Shown here: in pieces, positions 1-12,987 of the stretch
Layout of the letters: every line of letters begins with the position of its first letter
Numbering within the stretch: the first letter of the stretch is position 1
Assembly: GCA_964057225.1 (NCBI GenBank)
Contig: OZ059897.1
Span: 1,984,001 to 2,048,000, forward strand
Direction: 5' to 3'
DNA length: 64,000 nucleotides
Origin: Auanema rhodensis
Lineage: Eukaryota > Animalia > Nematoda
Notes under the pieces: generated by a model
Databases searched by the model: none
What the model saw: the letters and a program-made list of their open reading frames with translations, nothing else
What the model was told of the DNA's origin: nothing
Position numbers and translations under genes: made by a program

Positions 1-351
1 TTAAGCTGTGTCGATCTGTGTTATCAGATTTGAGTTAGCTTAAAAATGCACCGAGATATCAACTGATATATGTTCACACTTATATCCTCGATTTTCATCC
101 TGAAGAAATGATTTTTTCGTTGAAAAACATTGTCCATCGTCTTTGCCTTGAAAAAAGGAATCTAAAAACATTTACTTTTTGTGAAATTATTTAGAAATTT
201 TTCGGGAAAATTTTTGTCAAAATGTTTTTGGAAGCAATGTTGAGTGTACATGGGAACTCAACATACACTAATGCATTATTTTTCAAACGATCATAACTTA
301 TTTTTGTATAGAGCGTTTCTCAATGTAGTATAGTGCATTCGATGCGGATTT
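1..351 (+). repeat. Representative 351-bp monomer (phase arbitrary), about 32% GC, rich in A/T tracts and inverted repeats
   Basis: Hand count is about 112 G+C in 351. Inverted repeats include ATGTTGAGT/ACTCAACAT (237-245/256-264), the palindrome TAATGCATTA (269-278) and ATTTTTAAGCT/AGCTTAAAAAT (348-358/388-398). Confidence 0.97.
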
Positions 352-2808
352 TTAAGCTGCGTCGATCTGTGTTATCAGATTTGAGCTAGCTTAAAAATGC
401 ACCGAGATATCAACTGATATATGTTCACACTTATATCCTCGATTTTCATCCTGAAGAAATGATTTTTTCGTTGAAAAACATTGTCCATCGTCTTTGCCTT
501 GAAAAAAGGAATCTAAAAACATTTACTTTTTGTGAAATTATTTAGAAATTTTTCGGGAAAATTTTTGTCAAAATGTTTTTGGAAGCAATGTTGAGTGTAC
601 ATGGGAACTCAACATACACTAATGCATTATTTTTCAAACGATCATAACTTATTTTTGTATAGAGCGTTTCTCAATGTAGTATAGTGCATTCGTTGCGGAT
701 TTTTAAGCTGCGTCGATCTGTGTTATCAGATTTGAGCTAGCTTAAAAATTCACCGAGATATCAACTGATATATGTTCACACTTATATCCTCGATTTTCAC
801 CCTGAAGAAATGATTTTTTCGTTGAAAAACATTGTCCATCATCTTTGCCTTGAAAAAAGGAATCTAAAAACATCTACTTTTTGTGAAATTATTTAGAAAT
901 TTTTCGGGAAAATTTTTGTCAAAATGTTTTTGGAAGCAATGTTGAGTGTACATAGGAACTCAACATACACTAATGCATTATTTTTCAAACGATCATAACT
1001 TATTTTTGTATAGAGCGTTTCTCAATGTAGTATAGTGCATTCGATGCGGATTTCTAAGCTGCGTCGATCTGTGTTATCAGATTTGAGTTAGCTTAAAAAT
1101 GCACCGAGATATCAACTGATATATGTTCACACTTATATCCTCGATTTTCACCCTGAAGAAATGATTTTTTCGTCGAAAAACATTGTCCATCGTCTTTGCC
1201 TTGAAAAAAAGAATCTAAAAACATTTACTTTTTGTGAAATTATTTAGAAATTTTTCGGGAAAATTTTTGTCAAAATGTTTTTGGAAGCAATGTTGAGTGT
1301 ACATGGGAACTCAACATACACTAATGCATTATTTTTCAAACGATCATAACTTATTTTTGTATAGAGCGTTTCTCAATGTAGTATAGTGCATTCGATGCGG
1401 ATTTTTAAGCTGCGTCGATCTGTGTTATCAGATTTGAGTTAGCTTAAAAATGCACCGAGATATCAACTGATATATGTTTACACTTATATCCTCGATTTTC
1501 ATCCTGAAGAAATGATTTTTTCGTTGAAAAACATTGTCCATTGTCTTTGCCTTGAAAAAAGGAATCTGAAAACATCTACTTTTTGTGAAATTATTTAGAA
1601 ATTTTTCGGGAAAATTTTTGTCAAAATGTTTTTGGAAGCAATGTTGAGTGTACATAGGAACTCAACATACACTAATGCATTATTTTTCAAACGATCATAA
1701 CTAATTTTTGTATAGAGCGTTTCTCAATGTAGTATAGTGCATTCGATGCGGATTTTTAAGCTGTGTCGATCTGTGTTATCAGATTTGAGTTAGCTTAAAA
1801 ATGCACCGAGATATCAACTGATATATGTTCACACTTATATCCTCGATTTTCATCCTGAAGAAATGATTTTTTCGTTGAAAAACATTGTCCATCGTCTTTG
1901 CCTTGAAAAAAGGAATCTAAAAACATTTACTTTTTGTGAAATTATTTAGAAATTTTTCGGGAAAATTTTTGTCAAAATGTTTTTGGAAGCAATGTTGAGT
2001 GTACATGGGAACTCAACATACACTAATGCATTATTTTTCAAACGATCATAACTTATTTTTGTATAGAGCGTTTCTCAATGTAGTATAGTGCATTCGATGC
2101 GGATTTTTAAGCTGTGTCGATCTGTGTTATCAGATTTGAGTTAGCTTAAAAATGCACCGAGATATCAACTGATATATGTTCACACTTATATCCTCGATTT
2201 TCATCCTGAAGAAATGATTTTTTCGTTGAAAAACATTGTCCATCGTCTTTGCCTTGAAAAAAGGAATCTAAAAACATTTACTTTTTGTGAAATTATTTAG
2301 AAATTTTTCGGGAAAATTTTTGTCAAAATGTTTTTGGAAGCAATGTTGAGTGTACATGGGAACTCAACATACACTAATGCATTATTTTTCAAACGATCAT
2401 AACTTATTTTTGTATAGAGCGTTTCTCAATGTAGTATAGTGCATTCGATGCGGATTTTTAAGCTGCGTCGATCTGTGTTATCAGATTTGAGCTAGCTTAA
2501 AAATGCACCGAGATATCAACTGATATATGTTCACACTTATATCCTCGATTTTCATCCTGAAGAAATGATTTTTTCGTTGAAAAACATTGTCCATCGTCTT
2601 TGCCTTGAAAAAAGGAATCTAAAAACATTTACTTTTTGTGAAATTATTTAGAAATTTTTCGGGAAAATTTTTGTCAAAATGTTTTTGGAAGCAATGTTGA
2701 GTGTACATGGGAACTCAACATACACTAATGCATTATTTTTCAAACGATCATAACTTATTTTTGTATAGAGCGTTTCTCAATGTAGTATAGTGCATTCGTT
2801 GCGGATTT

Positions 2809-5800
2809 TTAAGCTGCGTCGATCTGTGTTATCAGATTTGAGCTAGCTTAAAAATTCACCGAGATATCAACTGATATATGTTCACACTTATATCCTCGAT
2901 TTTCACCCTGAAGAAATGATTTTTTCGTTGAAAAACATTGTCCATCATCTTTGCCTTGAAAAAAGGAATCTAAAAACATCTACTTTTTGTGAAATTATTT
3001 AGAAATTTTTCGGGAAAATTTTTGTCAAAATGTTTTTGGAAGCAATGTTGAGTGTACATAGGAACTCAACATACACTAATGCATTATTTTTCAAACGATC
3101 ATAACTTATTTTTGTATAGAGCGTTTCTCAATGTAGTATAGTGCATTCGATGCGGATTTCTAAGCTGCGTCGATCTGTGTTATCAGATTTGAGTTAGCTT
3201 AAAAATGCACCGAGATATCAACTGATATATGTTCACACTTATATCCTCGATTTTCACCCTGAAGAAATGATTTTTTCGTCGAAAAACATTGTCCATCGTC
3301 TTTGCCTTGAAAAAAAGAATCTAAAAACATTTACTTTTTGTGAAATTATTTAGAAATTTTTCGGGAAAATTTTTGTCAAAATGTTTTTGGAAGCAATGTT
3401 GAGTGTACATGGGAACTCAACATACACTAATGCATTATTTTTCAAACGATCATAACTTATTTTTGTATAGAGCGTTTCTCAATGTAGTATAGTGCATTCG
3501 ATGCGGATTTTTAAGCTGCGTCGATCTGTGTTATCAGATTTGAGTTAGCTTAAAAATGCACCGAGATATCAACTGATATATGTTTACACTTATATCCTCG
3601 ATTTTCATCCTGAAGAAATGATTTTTTCGTTGAAAAACATTGTCCATTGTCTTTGCCTTGAAAAAAGGAATCTAAAAACATTTACTTTTTGTGAAATTAT
3701 TTAGAAATTTTTCGGGAAAATTTTTGTCAAAATGTTTTTGGAAGCAATGTTGAGTGTACATGGGAACTCAACATACACTAATGCATTATTTTTCAAACGA
3801 TCATAACTTATTTTTGTATAGAGCGTTTCTCAATGTAGTATAGTGCATTCGATGCGGATTTTTAAGCTGCGTCGATCTGTGTTATCAGATTTGAGCTAGC
3901 TTAAAAATTCACCGAGATATCAACTGATATATGTTCACACTTATATCCTCGATTTTCACCCTGAAGAAATGATTTTTTCGTTGAAAAACATTGTCCATCA
4001 TCTTTGCCTTGAAAAAAGGAATCTAAAAACATCTACTTTTTGTGAAATTATTTAGAAATTTTTCGGGAAAATTTTTGTCAAAATGTTTTTGGAAGCAATG
4101 TTGAGTGTACATAGGAACTCAACATACACTAATGCATTATTTTTCAAACGATCATAACTTATTTTTGTATAGAGCGTTTCTCAATGTAGTATAGTGCATT
4201 CGATGCGGATTTCTAAGCTGCGTCGATCTGTGTTATCAGATTTGAGTTAGCTTAAAAATGCACCGAGATATCAACTGATATATGTTCACACTTATATCCT
4301 CGATTTTCACCCTGAAGAAATGATTTTTTCGTCGAAAAACATTGTCCATCGTCTTTGCCTTGAAAAAAAGAATCTAAAAACATTTACTTTTTGTGAAATT
4401 ATTTAGAAATTTTTTGGGAAAATTTTTGTCAAAATGTTTTTGGAAGCAATGTTGAGTGTACATGGGAACTCAACATACACTAATGCATTATTTTTCAAAC
4501 GATCATAACTTATTTTTGTATAGAGCGTTTCTCAATGTAGTATAGTGCATTCGATGCGGATTTTTAAGCTGCGTCGATCTGTGTTATCAGATTTGAGTTA
4601 GCTTAAAAATGCACCGAGATATCAACTGATATATGTTCACACTTATATCCTCGATTTTCATCCTGAAGAAATGATTTTTTCGTTGAAAAACATTGTCCAT
4701 TGTCTTTGCCTTGAAAAAAGGAATCTAAAAACATTTACTTTTTGTGAAATTATTTAGAAATTTTTCGGGAAAATTTTTGTCAAAATGTTTTTGGAAGCAA
4801 TGTTGAGTGTACATGGGAACTCAACATACACTAATGCATTATTTTTCAAACGATCATAACTTATTTTTGTATAGAGCGTTTCTCAATGTAGTATAGTGCA
4901 TTCGATGCGGATTTTTAAGCTGCGTCGATCTGTGTTATCAGATTTGAGTTAGCTTAAAAATGCACCGAGATATCAACTGATATATGTTCACACTTATATC
5001 CTCGATTTTCACCCTGAAGAAATGATTTTTTCGTCGAAAAACATTGTCCATCGTCTTTGCCTTGAAAAAAAGAATCTAAAAACATTTACTTTTTGTGAAA
5101 TTATTTAGAAATTTTTTGGGAAAATTTTTGTCAAAATGTTTTTGGAAGCAATGTTGAGTGTACATGGGAACTCAACATACACTAATGCATTATTTTTCAA
5201 ACGATCATAACTTATTTTTGTATAGAGCGTTTCTCAATGTAGTATAGTGCATTCGATGCGGATTTTTAAGCTGCGTCGATCTGTGTTATCAGATTTGAGT
5301 TAGCTTAAAAATGCACCGAGATATCAACTGATATATGTTCACACTTATATCCTCGATTTTCATCCTGAAGAAATGATTTTTTCGTTGAAAAACATTGTCC
5401 ATTGTCTTTGCCTTGAAAAAAGGAATCTAAAAACATTTACTTTTTGTGAAATTATTTAGAAATTTTTCGGGAAAATTTTTGTCAAAATGTTTTTGGAAGC
5501 AATGTTGAGTGTACATGGGAACTCAACATACACTAATGCATTATTTTTCAAACGATCATAACTTATTTTTGTATAGAGCGTTTCTCAATGTAGTATAGTG
5601 CATTCGATGCGGATTTTTAAGCTGCGTCGATCTGTGTTATCAGATTTGAGTTAGCTTAAAAATGCACCGAGATATCAACTGATATATGTTCACACTTATA
5701 TCCTCGATTTTCATCCTGAAGAAATGATTTTTTCGTTGAAAAACATTGTCCATTGTCTTTGCCTTGAAAAAAGGAATCTAAAAACATTTACTTTTTGTGA

Positions 5801-8800
5801 AATTATTTAGAAATTTTTCGGGAAAATTTTTGTCAAAATGTTTTTGGAAGCAATGTTGAGTGTACATGGGAACTCAACATACACTAATGCATTATTTTTC
5901 AAACGATCATAACTTATTTTTGTATAGAGCGTTTCTCAATGTAGTATAGTGCATTCGATGCGGATTTTTAAGCTGCGTCGATCTGTGTTATCAGATTTGA
6001 GCTAGCTTAAAAATGCACCGAGATATCAACTGATATATGTTCACACTTATATCCTCGATTTTCATCCTGAAGAAATGATTTTTTCGTTGAAAAACATTGT
6101 CCATCGTCTTTGCCTTGAAAAAAGGAATCTAAAAACATTTACTTTTTGTGAAATTATTTAGAAATTTTTCGGGAAAATTTTTGTCAAAATGTTTTTGGAA
6201 GCAATGTTGAGTGTACATGGGAACTCAACATACACTAATGCATTATTTTTCAAACGATCATAACTTATTTTTGTATAGAGCGTTTCTCAATGTAGTATAG
6301 TGCATTCGATGCGGATTTTTAAGCTGTGTCGATCTGTGTTATCAGATTTGAGTTAGCTTAAAAATGCACCGAGATATCAACTGATATATGTTCACACTTA
6401 TATCCTCGATTTTCACCCTGAAGAAATGATTTTTTCGTCGAAAAACATTGTCCATCGTCTTTGCCTTGAAAAAAAGAATCTAAAAACATTTACTTTTTGT
6501 GAAATTATTTAGAAATTTTTCGGGAAAATTTTTGTCAAAATGTTTTTGGAAGCAATGTTGAGTGTACATGGGAACTCAACATACACTAATGCATTATTTT
6601 TCAAACGATCATAACTTATTTTTGTATAGAGCGTTTCTCAATGTAGTATAGTGCATTCGATGCGGATTTTTAAGCTGCGTCGATCTGTGTTATCAGATTT
6701 GAGTTAGCTTAAAAATGCACCGAGATATCAACTGATATATGTTTACACTTATATCCTCGATTTTCATCCTGAAGAAATGATTTTTTCGTTGAAAAACATT
6801 GTCCATTGTCTTTGCCTTGAAAAAAGGAATCTAAAAACATTTACTTTTTGTGAAATTATTTAGAAATTTTTCGGGAAAATTTTTGTCAAAATGTTTTTGG
6901 AAGCAATGTTGAGTGTACATGGGAACTCAACATACACTAATGCATTATTTTTCAAACGATCATAACTTATTTTTGTATAGAGCGTTTCTCAATGTAGTAT
7001 AGTGCATTCGATGCGGATTTTTAAGCTGCGTCGATCTGTGTTATCAGATTTGAGCTAGCTTAAAAATTCACCGAGATATCAACTGATATATGTTCACACT
7101 TATATCCTCGATTTTCACCCTGAAGAAATGATTTTTTCGTTGAAAAACATTGTCCATCATCTTTGCCTTGAAAAAAGGAATCTAAAAACATCTACTTTTT
7201 GTGAAATTATTTAGAAATTTTTCGGGAAAATTTTTGTCAAAATGTTTTTGGAAGCAATGTTGAGTGTACATAGGAACTCAACATACACTAATGCATTATT
7301 TTTCAAACGATCATAACTTATTTTTGTATAGAGCGTTTCTCAATGTAGTATAGTGCATTCGATGCGGATTTCTAAGCTGCGTCGATCTGTGTTATCAGAT
7401 TTGAGTTAGCTTAAAAATGCACCGAGATATCAACTGATATATGTTCACACTTATATCCTCGATTTTCACCCTGAAGAAATGATTTTTTCGTCGAAAAACA
7501 TTGTCCATCGTCTTTGCCTTGAAAAAAAGAATCTAAAAACATTTACTTTTTGTGAAATTATTTAGAAATTTTTCGGGAAAATTTTTGTCAAAATGTTTTT
7601 GGAAGCAATGTTGAGTGTACATGGGAACTCAACATACACTAATGCATTATTTTTCAAACGATCATAACTTATTTTTGTATAGAGCGTTTCTCAATGTAGT
7701 ATAGTGCATTCGATGCGGATTTTTAAGCTGCGTCGATCTGTGTTATCAGATTTGAGTTAGCTTAAAAATGCACCGAGATATCAACTGATATATGTTTACA
7801 CTTATATCCTCGATTTTCATCCTGAAGAAATGATTTTTTCGTTGAAAAACATTGTCCATTGTCTTTGCCTTGAAAAAAGGAATCTAAAAACATTTACTTT
7901 TTGTGAAATTATTTAGAAATTTTTCGGGAAAATTTTTGTCAAAATGTTTTTGGAAGCAATGTTGAGTGTACATGGGAACTCAACATACACTAATGCATTA
8001 TTTTTCAAACGATCATAACTTATTTTTGTATAGAGCGTTTCTCAATGTAGTATAGTGCATTCGATGCGGATTTTTAAGCTGCGTCGATCTGTGTTATCAG
8101 ATTTGAGCTAGCTTAAAAATTCACCGAGATATCAACTGATATATGTTCACACTTATATCCTCGATTTTCACCCTGAAGAAATGATTTTTTCGTTGAAAAA
8201 CATTGTCCATCATCTTTGCCTTGAAAAAAGGAATCTAAAAACATCTACTTTTTGTGAAATTATTTAGAAATTTTTCGGGAAAATTTTTGTCAAAATGTTT
8301 TTGGAAGCAATGTTGAGTGTACATAGGAACTCAACATACACTAATGCATTATTTTTCAAACGATCATAACTTATTTTTGTATAGAGCGTTTCTCAATGTA
8401 GTATAGTGCATTCGATGCGGATTTCTAAGCTGCGTCGATCTGTGTTATCAGATTTGAGTTAGCTTAAAAATGCACCGAGATATCAACTGATATATGTTCA
8501 CACTTATATCCTCGATTTTCACCCTGAAGAAATGATTTTTTCGTCGAAAAACATTGTCCATCGTCTTTGCCTTGAAAAAAAGAATCTAAAAACATTTACT
8601 TTTTGTGAAATTATTTAGAAATTTTTTGGGAAAATTTTTGTCAAAATGTTTTTGGAAGCAATGTTGAGTGTACATGGGAACTCAACATACACTAATGCAT
8701 TATTTTTCAAACGATCATAACTTATTTTTGTATAGAGCGTTTCTCAATGTAGTATAGTGCATTCGATGCGGATTTTTAAGCTGCGTCGATCTGTGTTATC

Positions 8801-11800
8801 AGATTTGAGTTAGCTTAAAAATGCACCGAGATATCAACTGATATATGTTCACACTTATATCCTCGATTTTCATCCTGAAGAAATGATTTTTTCGTTGAAA
8901 AACATTGTCCATTGTCTTTGCCTTGAAAAAAGGAATCTAAAAACATTTACTTTTTGTGAAATTATTTAGAAATTTTTCGGGAAAATTTTTGTCAAAATGT
9001 TTTTGGAAGCAATGTTGAGTGTACATGGGAACTCAACATACACTAATGCATTATTTTTCAAACGATCATAACTTATTTTTGTATAGAGCGTTTCTCAATG
9101 TAGTATAGTGCATTCGATGCGGATTTTTAAGCTGCGTCGATCTGTGTTATCAGATTTGAGTTAGCTTAAAAATGCACCGAGATATCAACTGATATATGTT
9201 CACACTTATATCCTCGATTTTCATCCTGAAGAAATGATTTTTTCGTTGAAAAACATTGTCCATTGTCTTTGCCTTGAAAAAAGGAATCTAAAAACATTTA
9301 CTTTTTGTGAAATTATTTAGAAATTTTTCGGGAAAATTTTTGTCAAAATGTTTTTGGAAGCAATGTTGAGTGTACATGGGAACTCAACATACACTAATGC
9401 ATTATTTTTCAAACGATCATAACTTATTTTTGTATAGAGCGTTTCTCAATGTAGTATAGTGCATTCGATGCGGATTTTTAAGCTGCGTCGATCTGTGTTA
9501 TCAGATTTGAGTTAGCTTAAAAATGCACCGAGATATCAACTGATATATGTTCACACTTATATCCTCGATTTTCATCCTGAAGAAATGATTTTTTCGTTGA
9601 AAAACATTGTCCATTGTCTTTGCCTTGAAAAAAGGAATCTAAAAACATTTACTTTTTGTGAAATTATTTAGAAATTTTTCGGGAAAATTTTTGTCAAAAT
9701 GTTTTTGGAAGCAATGTTGAGTGTACATGGGAACTCAACATACACTAATGCATTATTTTTCAAACGATCATAACTTATTTTTGTATAGAGCGTTTCTCAA
9801 TGTAGTATAGTGCATTCGATGCGGATTTTTAAGCTGCGTCGATCTGTGTTATCAGATTTGAGCTAGCTTAAAAATGCACCGAGATATCAACTGATATATG
9901 TTCACACTTATATCCTCGATTTTCATCCTGAAGAAATGATTTTTTCGTTGAAAAACATTGTCCATCGTCTTTGCCTTGAAAAAAGGAATCTAAAAACATT
10001 TACTTTTTGTGAAATTATTTAGAAATTTTTCGGGAAAATTTTTGTCAAAATGTTTTTGGAAGCAATGTTGAGTGTACATGGGAACTCAACATACACTAAT
10101 GCATTATTTTTCAAACGATCATAACTTATTTTTGTATAGAGCGTTTCTCAATGTAGTATAGTGCATTCGATGCGGATTTTTAAGCTGTGTCGATCTGTGT
10201 TATCAGATTTGAGTTAGCTTAAAAATGCACCGAGATATCAACTGATATATGTTCACACTTATATCCTCGATTTTCATCCTGAAGAAATGATTTTTTCGTT
10301 GAAAAACATTGTCCATCGTCTTTGCCTTGAAAAAAGGAATCTAAAAACATTTACTTTTTGTGAAATTATTTAGAAATTTTTCGGGAAAATTTTTGTCAAA
10401 ATGTTTTTGGAAGCAATGTTGAGTGTACATGGGAACTCAACATACACTAATGCATTATTTTTCAAACGATCATAACTTATTTTTGTATAGAGCGTTTCTC
10501 AATGTAGTATAGTGCATTCGATGCGGATTTTTAAGCTGCGTCGATCTGTGTTATCAGATTTGAGCTAGCTTAAAAATGCACCGAGATATCAACTGATATA
10601 TGTTCACACTTATATCCTCGATTTTCATCCTGAAGAAATGATTTTTTCGTTGAAAAACATTGTCCATCGTCTTTGCCTTGAAAAAAGGAATCTAAAAACA
10701 TTTACTTTTTGTGAAATTATTTAGAAATTTTTCGGGAAAATTTTTGTCAAAATGTTTTTGGAAGCAATGTTGAGTGTACATGGGAACTCAACATACACTA
10801 ATGCATTATTTTTCAAACGATCATAACTTATTTTTGTATAGAGCGTTTCTCAATGTAGTATAGTGCATTCGATGCGGATTTTTAAGCTGCGTCGATCTGT
10901 GTTATCAGATTTGAGCTAGCTTAAAAATTCACCGAGATATCAACTGATATATGTTCACACTTATATCCTCGATTTTCACCCTGAAGAAATGATTTTTTCG
11001 TTGAAAAACATTGTCCATCATCTTTGCCTTGAAAAAAGGAATCTAAAAACATCTACTTTTTGTGAAATTATTTAGAAATTTTTCGGGAAAATTTTTGTCA
11101 AAATGTTTTTGGAAGCAATGTTGAGTGTACATAGGAACTCAACATACACTAATGCATTATTTTTCAAACGATCATAACTTATTTTTGTATAGAGCGTTTC
11201 TCAATGTAGTATAGTGCATTCGATGCGGATTTCTAAGCTGCGTCGATCTGTGTTATCAGATTTGAGTTAGCTTAAAAATGCACCGAGATATCAACTGATA
11301 TATGTTCACACTTATATCCTCGATTTTCACCCTGAAGAAATGATTTTTTCGTCGAAAAACATTGTCCATCGTCTTTGCCTTGAAAAAAAGAATCTAAAAA
11401 CATTTACTTTTTGTGAAATTATTTAGAAATTTTTCGGGAAAATTTTTGTCAAAATGTTTTTGGAAGCAATGTTGAGTGTACATGGGAACTCAACATACAC
11501 TAATGCATTATTTTTCAAACGATCATAACTTATTTTTGTATAGAGCGTTTCTCAATGTAGTATAGTGCATTCGATGCGGATTTTTAAGCTGCGTCGATCT
11601 GTGTTATCAGATTTGAGTTAGCTTAAAAATGCACCGAGATATCAACTGATATATGTTTACACTTATATCCTCGATTTTCATCCTGAAGAAATGATTTTTT
11701 CGTTGAAAAACATTGTCCATTGTCTTTGCCTTGAAAAAAGGAATCTAAAAACATTTACTTTTTGTGAAATTATTTAGAAATTTTTCGGGAAAATTTTTGT

Positions 11801-12987
11801 CAAAATGTTTTTGGAAGCAATGTTGAGTGTACATGGGAACTCAACATACACTAATGCATTATTTTTCAAACGATCATAACTTATTTTTGTATAGAGCGTT
11901 TCTCAATGTAGTATAGTGCATTCGATGCGGATTTTTAAGCTGCGTCGATCTGTGTTATCAGATTTGAGCTAGCTTAAAAATTCACCGAGATATCAACTGA
12001 TATATGTTCACACTTATATCCTCGATTTTCACCCTGAAGAAATGATTTTTTCGTTGAAAAACATTGTCCATCATCTTTGCCTTGAAAAAAGGAATCTAAA
12101 AACATCTACTTTTTGTGAAATTATTTAGAAATTTTTCGGGAAAATTTTTGTCAAAATGTTTTTGGAAGCAATGTTGAGTGTACATAGGAACTCAACATAC
12201 ACTAATGCATTATTTTTCAAACGATCATAACTTATTTTTGTATAGAGCGTTTCTCAATGTAGTATAGTGCATTCGATGCGGATTTCTAAGCTGCGTCGAT
12301 CTGTGTTATCAGATTTGAGTTAGCTTAAAAATGCACCGAGATATCAACTGATATATGTTCACACTTATATCCTCGATTTTCACCCTGAAGAAATGATTTT
12401 TTCGTCGAAAAACATTGTCCATCGTCTTTGCCTTGAAAAAAAGAATCTAAAAACATTTACTTTTTGTGAAATTATTTAGAAATTTTTTGGGAAAATTTTT
12501 GTCAAAATGTTTTTGGAAGCAATGTTGAGTGTACATGGGAACTCAACATACACTAATGCATTATTTTTCAAACGATCATAACTTATTTTTGTATAGAGCG
12601 TTTCTCAATGTAGTATAGTGCATTCGATGCGGATTTTTAAGCTGCGTCGATCTGTGTTATCAGATTTGAGTTAGCTTAAAAATGCACCGAGATATCAACT
12701 GATATATGTTCACACTTATATCCTCGATTTTCATCCTGAAGAAATGATTTTTTCGTTGAAAAACATTGTCCATTGTCTTTGCCTTGAAAAAAGGAATCTA
12801 AAAACATTTACTTTTTGTGAAATTATTTAGAAATTTTTCGGGAAAATTTTTGTCAAAATGTTTTTGGAAGCAATGTTGAGTGTACATGGGAACTCAACAT
12901 ACACTAATGCATTATTTTTCAAACGATCATAACTTATTTTTGTATAGAGCGTTTCTCAATGTAGTATAGTGCATTCGATGCGGATTT
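2809..12987. repeat. Higher-order block: the same 6-monomer haplotype series present three times (2809-4914, 7021-9126, 10882-12987)
   Basis: Same order of markers each time: AATTCACC/CATCAT/CATAGG/TTTCTA monomer, CGTCGA/AAAAGA monomer, GTTTAC/CATTGT monomer, the first type again, CGTCGA/TTTTTGGG monomer, CATTGT monomer. Spacings are 4212 and 3861 bp (12 and 11 monomers). Confidence 0.85.

Noticed and set aside
115-131. CENP-B box-like TTTCGTTGAAAAACATT
   Set aside because: It matches the TTCGTTG.AAA part but lacks the essential CGGG.
1-351. Tandem 5S rRNA, tRNA, snRNA or spliced-leader RNA gene unit of similar size
   Set aside because: No recognisable 5S sequence, cloverleaf or A/B boxes. 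GATTTGAG resembles the end of nematode SL1 but is not followed by a GT donor, and Sm-like T tracts are expected by chance.
1-351. Assignment to a named family (Drosophila 1.688, tenebrionid ~350-360-bp satellites)
   Set aside because: Only size and AT content are similar. I do not recognise sequence identity, so a database search is required.
1-351. Monomer as an ancient dimer of ~175-bp subunits
   Set aside because: I see no convincing alignment between the halves, only short scattered direct repeats (TTGAAAAA, AAAAACAT, TTTTTGT, CAATGT).
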